From Octopus sinensis (taxonomy: Eukaryota), in NCBI RefSeq assembly GCF_006345805.1, contig NC_043003.1, positions 62,744,001-62,808,000 of the forward strand: 64,000 nt of DNA, given 5' to 3'. Below the pieces are notes generated by a model. It made no database searches and was not told the DNA's origin. It saw nothing but the letters and a program-made list of their open reading frames with translations. A program made the translations under genes and the position numbers. Positions 25,860 to 37,348 of the stretch are shown here, in pieces (the first letter of the stretch is position 1; the number at the start of each line of letters is the position of its first letter).

Positions 25860-26095
25860 ACAATTAATGGTCAGCAGTTGTCCAAATAATTCTTCCTCAG
25901 TTCACTTCATCTCTGGCATGAAATCATTGTCCTCAAAGCTGTTTGTCGGATCAAACAGGTGGAAATTGGAGGGCACCAGATGGGGACTGTACAGCAGATA
26001 GGGAACCACTGGTCTGGTCAATTTACTAATAACCTTATTTGTGGCTAAAGGTTTGTCTGGTCATGTGATGCTTTGGTGAAGGTGGATCCATTTCA
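25860..26095 (-). mobile_element. Mariner transposase C-terminal remnant
   Basis: PYLLYSPHLVPSNFHLFDP, a decayed HPPYSPDLAPSDFHLF motif. Confidence 0.65.
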
Positions 26096-26740
26096 GATTA
26101 TTGTTTGATCTTTTTCTCCTAGTGGCCTCTTTAAGCTTTTGTACTGGATTTCCAGTTTTTCATTGATGCTTACATCTTCAGCTAATATATACAGATAAAA
26201 GACAAACATATATGCATATTCAACCATACCTACATATCTGAATACATATGCATCTGCAAATATTATTTTTCCTCGATGTACTCTTGCTGTTCCCAATACA
26301 TAAGCTAGCTTTTGCAAAAGAGAAAAAATAGAACTAACTAAATAAAATTATAACATATGTGTTCTTTATTAGATATGAAAATACATAAATGACTGAAGAA
26401 TGTAGGATTTGATGCCAAAATATGAAATAAACAATTGACTGTATATATGACAGATTGGAAATTAGTTTGAGAGAGATCTTCAAAACAACATCAATCTTTT
26501 GCCAAATTGTCACACACCAATTCATCATCATCATCATCATCATCGTTTAACGTCCGCTTTCCATGCTAGCATGGGTTGGACCAATTATGATTTTTAAAAA
26601 TTTAACCACTGTTTGATGTATGCAAATTGGCAACTTACGCATTCACACGCATATATATGCATACACACCCATATATTTATGTATTCATGTCACCAACCGT
26701 CACATGTTTCCAAATGAGATTATGCTTCTCATGGTTAGAC

Positions 26741-26807
26741 ATATTTACAGTGATTCTGCTACTATTTCAACTGCCAATTGAAATAGTTGCAGAATCACTA
26801 TAGATAT
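26741..26807. repeat. 67-nt hairpin (30-bp stem, 7-nt loop)
   Basis: ATATTTACAGTGATTCTGCTACTATTTCAA-ctgccaa-TTGAAATAGTTGCAGAATCACTATAGATAT; two mismatches and one G-T. Confidence 0.85.
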
Positions 26808-27016
26808 TTTTGGTCCGTGGATTTTAAACTATGTTAAAGCATTCTGAATGTCCTATACTTTGAAGTTCATGAATTCATACGATGAAAACAGTTTCTTACA
26901 ATGATGTAATGTTTTCATTAATCAGTTAAAGGAGTCATTAGAAATGGCTGTAATGGATTGACACCTGTACCTCCACTGTTACTCATTTGTATTTTAGCAA
27001 TCTAGCTATCTATCTA

Positions 27017-27058
<42 letters not shown>

Positions 27059-27110
27059 TTGTATATATGAATTTATGTATGTATATGTATGCAGGCAGAT
27101 ATATATATAT

Positions 27111-27155
<45 letters not shown>

Positions 27156-27374
27156 CAGATGCACTTATGCATACAAACATGGAATGCCTGATTAAACATA
27201 TGTGTTAAAAGGTATATTCTTCATGGAACTATTTCTTGAAAAGTAGGGATTCCTGAACAATATGCTGATGTAAATTTTGTATTGAAAAGAAAAATGGTCA
27301 TTGCAAACCAAAACATTGGAAACCCTTAAAAATAGATCTTCTAAACAAGATAAAGAGTAAAAATAAAAATAAAA

Positions 27375-29250
27375 ATTATGTATGCTGTTTGTATTAGTCA
27401 GACTAATGTCCTCACCCTGATTGTTGATTTCACTAGGTTTTGACTGTTGTATGCTCCAACTTTCTTCAGATGTCTTATGTTGAACTTGGTTGTTGTATTG
27501 GAATTTTGAATCTAACTTTTTATACACTGTTCTCATTCTGCTCTCTGTGTTTCATGACACTTTTTGCTTCAGTTGATTTTTGGTGAATTACTTTAGTGTC
27601 TTGCCTGGGAAGGAAAAAAATACAGAAAGTGGAATGAGAACTGTGTACCCCCATGGATCAAATAAAAGGTTAGGTTCAAAATTCCGATACAGCAACTGAG
27701 TTCAACAGACTACACCTAAAGAAGGCTAGAGTATACAACAGTTGAAATGTAGTGAAATCAACTATCGAGATGAAAACACCAATCCAACTAATATAAATAG
27801 CAGACATAATATAAATTCTTCATCTCACAAATATAAAACTGTATTAAAAATTGTATTAGTACCTTTCAAGATACTTTGCTTAAAAATCCCTAGTAAACTA
27901 GATATTCCATTAGATAGGGTAAAAATCTTTTATGAAGTTGTTAAAAGTATGTACATGTAAGCTTTTCCAGCAATATCACAAAAAAAAAGCATTACACATG
28001 CAAGCTTGTATCTGACTCATACACTGTTCACTTTCCAGACATTTGTACATTACTGCATATGCTTTACACGTACTTTTGACAAGTTGTGGTGCAGCTGAGC
28101 ACTGTATACAATAATTTCATTATTATTATGTATTAACAAGGAAATAGAAAAATTGGTCTGAATTTTTTAAATAGGTTTATTGAAAAGAATATTTAATTTT
28201 CTTCCCTTTGCATTAGTTTTAAAAAACTAAAACCCAAATTTAATGTAACTGACTCTTAATGCAGACTCATTAATGTTAATAAGACTGTGCTTAAAGGTTA
28301 TCAAATATATACTAGATTCAATCAGTGGTAGCATTGTGAAGGCCAATATCCTTTCTTGTCTGAAGTAATACTTCTTTAGTAACTGGTTGTTTTGATAATA
28401 TACATGCTAGACATAGCTGTAAATTTATATTCAACATTGTGAAATATTACCTATACATCACTGAATTTCCCTTAATGAAAGTGCTATATTTCAGCAAGAG
28501 GTTTACCACCTGTAGGGATTTGGATATCAATGTTATTATGCAGGTTAGAAAATATCTTCTTTCATTCATGTCTCATCCTATATCTGACAGAGTGGCATGA
28601 AATTATGTCCCTATGAGTTATTGGAGCCAAACTTTCTAGCTAATTGGTATTTTTATTTTAGACACCTATGAATTAAATATGTATAAACATGATGGACTAA
28701 TTTTAACATAGTTTAGTTAATTTCTTCAACATTAATTTTAACCCAATTTTAGACACTTATAATCCATTTATAAAATCTAGATAAAAATGGTGGCATATGC
28801 ACAAATAATCATCTTCCTGCTATTTGGAGGAATTTCTCTGATAATATCAACAAGAGAATTTCCAGTACATCTTCTGATAAAGAGATATTCAATCATTCTA
28901 CAGAATTTATAATGAGGCTTTAGGTTGATCAAGTAATTCTAATTCAATAATACTAGAAAAGAAAGTTGTAGGCTATAATCCACTGCTTAATTTGATATCA
29001 TCTCTAATATTACCTGCTCTTTCTTGCATTAATAAACATGTATTTTCCTACTAAGGTTTCATAAGATTTTAATTGGATTAGTATTATGATGAAATACAAT
29101 TGTATTATATTGATAATGAAGATAAAAGAGGTACAACACTCTCTAACTACGTCTGGAATTTGAAAGATAATGGCAATCTTAGTTACAGTACTGATTGGAT
29201 GGCTAATCCACACAATATATCAGTGGCTTCAAATGTTCTCTATCTGAGAT
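27375..29250 (+). mobile_element. Heavily decayed Penelope-like element: inverted terminal repeat pair, then RT and GIY-YIG remnants
   Basis: Inverted arms 27375-27538 and 27632-27810; KLKPKF..CRLIN (~28230), YVPM/GAKLS*LIGIFILD (~28610), MYKHDGL for YRDDG (~28680), NHLPAIWRNFSDNINKRISSTSSDKEIF (~28805), KRGTTLSNYVWNLKD (~29125). Confidence 0.75.
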
Positions 29251-30484
29251 ATTCAACATCTTGATACAACCACCATATCTATTGAATTGAAAATTATAAT
29301 CATTTTCTTTCTGTCCTTATCAAAGGGAGTTTATTCTATGAGCATTTCCACTGCCTATGTATTAATGTTCATTATGTTAAGAACCTGTGACATGTCCTTC
29401 CATACTTGCTTCAGTTTTTGACTGTTTATCTTTTGTCTATTTGTCTTTTAGGACATGGCTTTTGTATGCCCCTCATCTTCCCTTATCTAATATACACGTC
29501 CCTTACAGATATCCTTTAATGAAAGAAGGAACGATACAAGATATCATTCCTTTTTTGTGATATTTATTGTTAAAGGAACCCACACATCTATGAATTTGCA
29601 TAGCACCTGTCAAGTGTTTTAAATAAAAGCTAAACTTGATAATAAGTTATAGAGCTCATTTGTAGAAAGCACTTACAGTGAGAACTATTGAATGGAAAGG
29701 TCATCTGTTGTTACAAAAGTTTTAATGTACAACTGTGATTGAAGTCATCTCACCACTGAGCTTGTTGCATTATGTCACCTGGCAACATTTTATGCACCAA
29801 TGTTGATATATGTGTGTGTGTGTATGTTTGATATTTGTGTTTGTGTACTTAACAAGCACAAACTTGCTATTTAGAGACCAGGTATTGATATTTTCTTTCT
29901 AAGTACCTAGACTTTGTTTTTATGTGTCTTTCTGTTTTCGCCTAAGACAAACAAATTGGTCACCAGGCATGACTTCATAAAATAAATTTTCAAAAATTCC
30001 TCACCAACCACCAAACAAAATATTACAAAGCTTTGATTGAAAGAAAGTGAAAGTGCCATGTTAAACTCAAAGATCTCCAAACTAGTGTGTTTACTTCCTT
30101 TTTATTTATTTATTTATTTATTCATTTGTTTGTTTATTTATTTTGTTAAATTCTCTGTTGTATGCAGATGACTTCCTCAGTCAACTGGCTGTCATGCTAC
30201 TTTGGTTCTATTATTTTACCTGCAAACTTCCTAAGACCAAATGAAGAGTGGAGTGACAGACAAACAAATAAAAAAGAATGGGAAATATACAGAACACCAG
30301 AAAGTGAGGGAGTGTACAGAGTAGCTTTGCTTATTGAAAATGCTGCGTTGGAAGGCTGGTTAGGCATCCCTTATGATAAACATTACATATCTAACTGTAA
30401 TAACAAAACCAAGAGTGAGCATCTGGAACAGGTCCCTCAATAGTAATAATAATAATGATAATGATGGTAATAATAATAATAATC

Positions 30485-30535
<51 letters not shown>

Positions 30536-31204
30536 GCATGCTCTAAGAACAAACTACATAAGATACAGAATAGACAACACAGAAGAAAGTGATAAGTGCA
30601 GAATCTGTGGACAAAATGTGAAACCGTATGGCATATTACCAGCCAATGTATGCCACTAGCCCAGAAGAAATATAAGAGAGGTCATGACAGTATAGCCAGG
30701 CTTGTCCATTGGACACTTTGCAACAAGTATGGACTTGACAGACCAAAATATTGGTATGACCACAAACCTGAAGGCATCGTCAAAAATAGAAATGTAAAGA
30801 TCTTATGGGATTTTATGATTCAGTGCAATCATGAGATAGAGAATAGGAAGCCATATATATAGTCTTAATTGAGAATGAAAACAAACTATGCTGGATCATA
30901 GATATAGTATGCCCAGCTGACAACAATGTATGTGATAAGGAAGAAAGAAAAGTCGAGGTTAGCCTGGGAAGTTAAGCAGTTGTGGTCGAGGAAAAAGTTA
31001 GCAGTAGTACCAATAATTGTTGGAGAAGTACATGGAACAAATAGGGGCTGCAATAAGGGCGGAGCACTTGCAGAAAACAGCACTGCTTGGAACCGCTCGA
31101 ATACTTCGGAAGGTGCTCGAAAAATAAGAGGTGTTACCTTAGTTCACTGGTAGTGAGCAGCTGACACCGTAGTACATCTCCAGCGTTAGAAGCTTTGCAA
31201 AGGC
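30536..31204 (+). mobile_element. 5'-truncated R4/Dong-like LINE (CCHC plus restriction-like endonuclease) inside (AAT)n
   Basis: CRICGQN/ETVWHITSQC..KRGHDSIARLVHW..KILWDFMIQC..RKP/IVLI..IIDIVCP..VVPIIVG..LQKTALLGTARILRKVLEK*; (AAT)n on both sides. Confidence 0.9.
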
Positions 31205-31230
31205 AATAATGATAATAATAATAATAATAA

Positions 31231-31682
31231 GCCTTTCTATTATAGGCACAATGCTTGAAATTTGCTGGAAGGGGACTAATCGATTACATCAAACCTAGTG
31301 TTTCACGGTACTTATTTTATCGACCCCAAAAGGATGAAAGGCAAAGTTGACCTCAGTGGGATTTGGACTCAGAACATAGCAACAGGTGAAATACTGCTAA
31401 GCATTTTGTCCAGCATACTAATGATTCTGCCAACTCGCTGCCTTAATGATAATAATGATAATAATAATCTTTTCTATTATAGGCACAAGGCCTGAAATTT
31501 GGGGGTGAGGATAGGTGATTACATCGACCCCAGTACTCAACTGGCACTTAATTTATCGACCCTGAAATGATGAAAAGTAAAGTCGACCTCAGCAGAATTT
31601 AAACTCAGAACATAGTGGTGGGCAAAATACTGCTAAGCATTTTGCCCAGCGTGCTAGCAATTCTGCCAGCTTGTTGCCTTAG
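31231..31682 (-). mobile_element. Two tandem family B SINEs
   Basis: Reverse complements of 16121-16575, separated by (AAT)n. Confidence 0.85.
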
Positions 31683-31713
31683 GAATGAGAACCTTGATTT
31701 GAAATTTCCCCAA

Positions 31714-31759
31714 GACACCTGATGAAGGCTGGAGGGTATATCAGCCAAAACGATATGTT
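31714..31759 (+). ncRNA. Decayed minimal hammerhead ribozyme motif (PLE-terminus type)
   Basis: GACAC CTGATGA A GGCTG-loop-CAGCC AAAAC GAT ATGTT; GAAA and the cleavage triplet are mutated. Confidence 0.6.
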
Positions 31760-32258
31760 AACAACAAATAAGATAAGGACAAATATCTGTCAAATGTAAA
31801 TAATGTAAATAATAATCCTTATTTTGATTTTTAAAAAAAGAGAAATTTTAAGTGGAGGGGGAGTCCATTGCACTGACACCCTTCCCCCTGTGTTCAAATG
31901 GTACTTCTTTTTTCGACCCTGAAATGATGAAAGGTAAATTTGCATAATAATAATATTAATAATAATAATAATTCTTTCTACTTTGGGCACAAGGCCTGAA
32001 CATTGGGAAAAGAGGATAGCCAATTACATCAACAGCAGTGCTCAACAAGTAATTACAGACCTTAAAAGAAAGAAAAATGAAGTCAACCTTGAATTTGATC
32101 TCATAAAGTGAAATAGGAAGAAATACTATAAAGTGTTTTTTCTGGCATGCTAATGATTCTGCAAATTCACCACCTTCATAATAATGATGATGATGATGAT
32201 GATGATGATTGTGGTGGTGGTGGTGGTGGTGGTGGTGGTGGTGGTGATGACGACGATG

Positions 32259-32289
<31 letters not shown>

Positions 32290-32367
32290 TAATAATAACA
32301 ACAACAATAATAACAATAATAATAATAATAAAAACAACAACAACAACAATAATAATAATAATAATAA

Positions 32368-32900
32368 ATGCCCTGGTGCAGTACCAGGCAGTGGCTTTCA
32401 TGGCTTTTGATCTTAACTGACTGGAAGTTTTAACAAGTTTTGTGTTGGTATAAAATATAGGCTACAGCAAATATTCTGCTCAATACAACAGATTTGTTTG
32501 TTAGTTGCTTGACCCTAACCAGTTGTGTCTGTCCCTTGTTGGCTCATGATATGTGCACTTCTGATCATGAGCAGAAGTAGTGGGGGAGCATCATAGCCAT
32601 GTGTTGAGAGGAATTCTTTGGGGTTTGAATAATTCACCTCTGGAAACATGGGTGGTTTGTTCATCATCTTTAAACAAGCCTTATTTGGGAATTCTTTGAG
32701 CAGGATGGGCTACTCCTTGAAGAAAATTCGAACTGGGCCCCATCTACTAATTCATTTGCTGTTTATCTTGATATAAGGTCACCATGTCGTGCACATATTG
32801 TTGTGATGCATACAGCTAGTGTACCTTTATCAGATGGGTATATTGGGCTTCATATATATGTACCCCAACATCACTTTGATGACACATGCTGCTCTCATTC
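32368..32900. mobile_element. Unclassified ~530-bp non-coding interspersed repeat bounded by (AAT)n
   Basis: Collinear second copy at 49582-50105. Confidence 0.8.
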
Positions 32901-33836
32901 AATAATGATAATAGTCTTTTCTACTAAAGGCACAAAGTCTGAAATTTTATGGGAGTGGCTTAGTCAATGGTTTAATACTTCTGGATTATAAGCTGGGTCT
33001 TGATCAATCCTGGCAATGTTGACTAGACAAGGCAAGTTGGGGGATTGACATTGACCCCAGAGACAACATTGATAATGCAACTCATAGCATCTGTAAGCTG
33101 TGTCTTGGAACTATGACCAGACTTTAACTTTAGTAATTTGATACTTTACTACACTAAGGCAATGAGCTAGCAGAAATGTTAGCATGCTGGGCAAAAATGC
33201 TTACCGGTATTTCGTCTGCTGCTACGTTCTAAGTTCAAATTCCACTGAGGTCAATTTAGCCTTTCATCCTTTCGGGGTCGATTAAATAAGTACCAGTTAT
33301 GCACTGAGGTTGATATAATCAACTTAATCCGTTTGTCTGTCCTTGTTTGTCCCTTCTGTGTTTAGCCCCTTGTGGGTAGTAAAGAAATAAGAAATGTTAG
33401 CACACTGGGTGAAATGTTTAACGCTATTTCGTCTGTCTTTATATTCTGAGTTTAAATTCCACCAAAGTTGATTTTGTCTTACATCCTTTAGGGGTCGATA
33501 AATTAAGTACCAGTTGTGTACTGGGGTCGATCTAATCCACTGGCCCCCCACTCCCCAAATTTCAGGCCTTACTGCTCTATACTTTGGAGTGTGCTTCTTA
33601 TTCAGATATATGATATATTGACAATCAATCCACGACCTGGACACAAAGTGTTTTATGAAGGCCAACACATGGGCTGCATTTAATAGCTTCACTGACGCCT
33701 GCGCTTTTACATATTATCAATTGCCACTACAAATCAGAGAACATAAAATGCTACGATATTGGTTATTATGGCCATTTGACCAATTGACCGTAACATTTTC
33801 CCACCTCCAAGAAGTGAGGAGTTAAACTTGTCTTTG

Positions 33837-33898
33837 TATAGAGTCTGATGAGCTGTCCACAAGTCTTTTGTGGATGCGAAACCACTGGTCACTGTATG
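33837..33898 (+). ncRNA. Type I hammerhead ribozyme motif with intact catalytic core
   Basis: Stem I TATAGAGT/ACTGTATG (7 of 8 pairs), CTGATGA 33845-33851, 11-bp stem II closed by G-C, GAAA 33878-33881, stem III ACC-act-GGT, GTC triplet 33888-33890. Confidence 0.85.
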
Positions 33899-33977
33899 AC
33901 CAGATATTAACTTTAATGATTTAATAATATGTAGATAGATAAATAAATAATTAAATATATGTAGGTCTGTGTGTGTA

Positions 33978-34161
33978 CTTTATTTGTGTATTAAGGCTAC
34001 CATTGGTTTCATGTTAAGAAAATATCTTAATATCTTAACAATTTTTCAAGCTGATCATGTGGAGAAAGGTGTGTCTCCATTTTGGATTAACAGAAAATTT
34101 TTAAGATATTAAGATATTTTCTTAAACTGAAACCAACGGTAGCCTCAATACACAAATAAAG
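33978..34161. repeat. Fold-back element, ~70-bp arms
   Basis: CTTTATTTGTGTATTAAGGCTACCATTGGTTTCA... versus ...TGAAACCAACGGTAGCCTCAATACACAAATAAAG; inner GGAGA/TCTCC hairpin. Confidence 0.9.
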
Positions 34162-34506
34162 AATTTTTGTCCTCCAATGCGGTATTGAGCACTCATTCTC
34201 ATTGTTCAACATTTACGTAACTAGGTAGGTAGGTAGGTATAAAGACAGCTAGACAGACAAATAGATAGATATGTTTTTTTATTAGCCACACAGGGCTGCA
34301 CACAGACAGGACAAAATTACAAGGTAGAGCTTTTCTTTTGGGGGTAAAAGAAGGGGTTTGGTTTTCGATCAAAAGGGATCGTAAATGGAAAGAAAGAGGA
34401 CAAAAAAAGGGGGGGAGATAAAATAAAATTTAAAAAAAAGGGGGGGGATTTGATCAATAGGGATCGTTATCACAGAAATGTCAATATGAAGTGTAAAGGG
34501 GAGGAC

Positions 34507-34590
<84 letters not shown>

Positions 34591-34618
34591 TGCAAATGCA
34601 TATGTATGTACACACACA

Positions 34619-34661
<43 letters not shown>

Positions 34662-34669
<8 letters not shown>

Positions 34670-34800
34670 TATTAGAGACAAAACCACTATTTTGCAAAAC
34701 AAACAAGGAAAGACTTTAGTCATTTATTAAATTTTATGTATTGATTAAGTCTTTCCTTGTTTGTTTTGCAAAATAGTGGTTTTGTCTCTAATATATTTTA
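34662..34800. repeat. Fold-back element with a perfect ~46-bp core, next to (TA)n
   Basis: ATTAGAGACAAAACCACTATTTTGCAAAACAAACAAGGAAAGACTT and its exact reverse complement. Confidence 0.95.
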
Positions 34801-34883
34801 TAATATTTTACTATAAAATTGGATTTAATCCTAAATCTGATTTTTTCCCTGTAAATTTGGATTTATTCCCTAATATTTATTAT

Positions 34884-34916
<33 letters not shown>

Positions 34917-35237
34917 GTATATACATTAGGGTGGGATGAGGGAATTTTTAAGTACACACATCACTTATTTATTTTTCCGGTTGTCTGGAATTTAGTTTCT
35001 TCAGTTTTTAGAAAAGCTATGCCTCATTTCATTCTTCACCAATGAGATTCATGCTACGCTGAACTGCTATAAATAGTGAATGTGTTATTATAAAGTTCCT
35101 TTCTTCCACTGGAGATCATTAAAATTTAGGTGTAACGCTTAGAAAAATTTAATAGATATTTAATATTTATAAAGTGTGTGATTGTGTTTCATCATTTATA
35201 ATTGTCTCCGTTCTTCATTATTGTGTTGTTTTATAAG

Positions 35238-35265
35238 ACAGAAGAGTGAGAGGCTCCATTATGAG
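35238..35265 (+). CDS. Candidate micro-exon (28 nt, phase 2-0; QKSERLHYE)
   Basis: Pyrimidine-rich tract ending TTTTATAAG; donor GAG|GTAAAA. Confidence 0.3.
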
Positions 35266-36214
35266 GTAAAATGATGTGATAAAAATGAATAGGATGATAA
35301 ATAAATAATACTTTTGTGATATTATGGCCAAGCAATAATAATTTTAAACAAATCATGTACATAGTGTTATATCAACAATAATTTTGGTCTTTCTTGAGTC
35401 TTGGGCATCACTTAGGAAGAAAAAAAGTGAAATAAAAGGAAAATTTTTTGTTGGATGCAAAACGGTGCTAACTGTTGAATGACAAAAGAATAATGTCATG
35501 AAGCTAATGATCACTCACAGAATTTTCAGGTTGAACATGAAATTTGTTTTGTTGCATCTTGGGAGGGTCATTATGCCAATAGTAAACACACTCACTGGTT
35601 CTGTTTTCACTTCTTTATTTTCATTAATCAACTGGCTAACTTATTAACTAATTGATTGCTTGATTAATCTTTCAGACAATCAATCTATCTGCTATTTTGT
35701 TAAAGCCTTTTTGTCATGATGGCATTCCTGCTCTATTCCAAGTCTTCGTCAAACAACTAATTAGTTAATTGGTTAACTAGTTGAGTAATATTAAAAGAAA
35801 TGAAACAGAACCATAGTGTGTGTGTGCTTTGTTATTGACATATTGACCCACCTGGGACACAACAAAAACTGTTTCAGCATATGAGTTCACATCAAGACTC
35901 TTGCAAACCAAATACGAAAGCAATGTATGAAATCTATAATCAATAAAACAAAAAGTGAAAGTAAATTGGTTATAGTGGAGGCACATGGCCTAGTGGTTAG
36001 AGCAGCTGACTCACAGTTGAGGGATCACTGGCTCATGAATTTCCTTGGTATTGAAGAGAGGCGTGATGCTGTACCATTGACTAAGGTTTCCATTTCTGGA
36101 TCATGGAAAATACACTCACAATTTAATTAATTTAATTAATCACCAGATTAATTAAAGTTTGTATCTTCAGTGGCTTCAAATGCTACCAGAAGATAACCAA
36201 AATAGATTTATTTT

Positions 36215-36800
36215 TTTCTGTTACAAATCAAGTACCAGCTGCCATAGTTACACACTTTATACACACTTTTCAATACCCGAAGTCTTTTTCATCTTCTATA
36301 AAAATTTGTGACCACTGTCCAGTTGTGCAACAAGTTCACAGATTGTGATTCCTCTGACCACAGGAATCAATTTGTCCACTTACTGGCCGATTCCTGTAGT
36401 AGTTGCAGTTGATAGTTTCCCACTGTGTGGTTTGTCTTAAGTACTGGTTTCCCCTTCTTTTTAACCCTTTAGCATTCAGATTACTCTGTCAAATGTAATT
36501 ATTTAAATTAATCGAGCATTATTTTGTAGCTTTGCGAGTTCAATCATGTGATTTTTAATGTTTTGAATGACATTGTAGGGTAGGTGTGAGATGCCAGATT
36601 GAACATGAAACAAGCAGAATATTTGGGCCGGGTATAGTTGGATTAAATGTTAAATGGTACTTCTTCATCCATCTGTGTACATTGTTCTTGTCATCTTGGT
36701 AATAAGCCTGTCGTTTTCTATGAAAGTTAGATAGTCTGCATGAAAAACTCCATGGCAGTGCACTGCTTCTGCTTGAAATCCATTGGTTGCCTGTGATGAA
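36215..36800 (-). mobile_element. Mariner transposase N-terminal remnant interrupted by a TTAA MITE
   Basis: MDFKQKQCTAMEFF..; W-MKK|KEGETS across the insertion; HTH region with a decayed RITI-EL motif. Confidence 0.6.
36461..36657. mobile_element. TTAA (piggyBac-type) MITE
   Basis: TTAACCCTTTAGCATTC start; decayed AAATGTTAAATGG end; same family as 22772-23552. Confidence 0.65.
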
Positions 36801-36959
36801 GAACAGGGAGAAAAATGTCTATAGATGAAGGCTTACTCTACAAATATGTACAATTTCAATGGTCTGTGTGAGTTAATAAAAAAATGTTAAGCTCACTTTC
36901 GCATTACTTTTGGTACAGCCATTATGTATGCATGTGTACCTCTCTGTATGTATGTGCAC

Positions 36960-37317
36960 GTGTGTGTGTGTGTGTGTATGTGTGTGTGTGCAAATATATA
37001 CACATGAATATAGATACGTGTGTGTAAGAATACATATGTCTGTATATCTTTGGATGTGACTTCTCACCCTCAAACTGTACTGTATTATTACTTATATATT
37101 TTCTGAATACAACCATATCAATGTACGTAACTGCTTTCCAAAATAAGCATACATTTCATTTTTACTTGATAGCTCTGCAAAAGCTATAGGATTTTACATA
37201 AGCACTTAGCTCTTAGTGCGTTGCTCCACATAGCAGAAACAACTGTAAGCTAATGAAGGTGATTATGTTATCCCTGTTCTTTTGTCAATCCTTAATTGGT
37301 ACATCATCATCATCATC

Positions 37318-37348
<31 letters not shown>

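Noticed and set aside
30168-30443. Strong acceptor followed by a 93-aa ORF
   Set aside because: Phase does not fit the exon chain, two readings are equally plausible, and no motif is recognised; unresolved rather than excluded.
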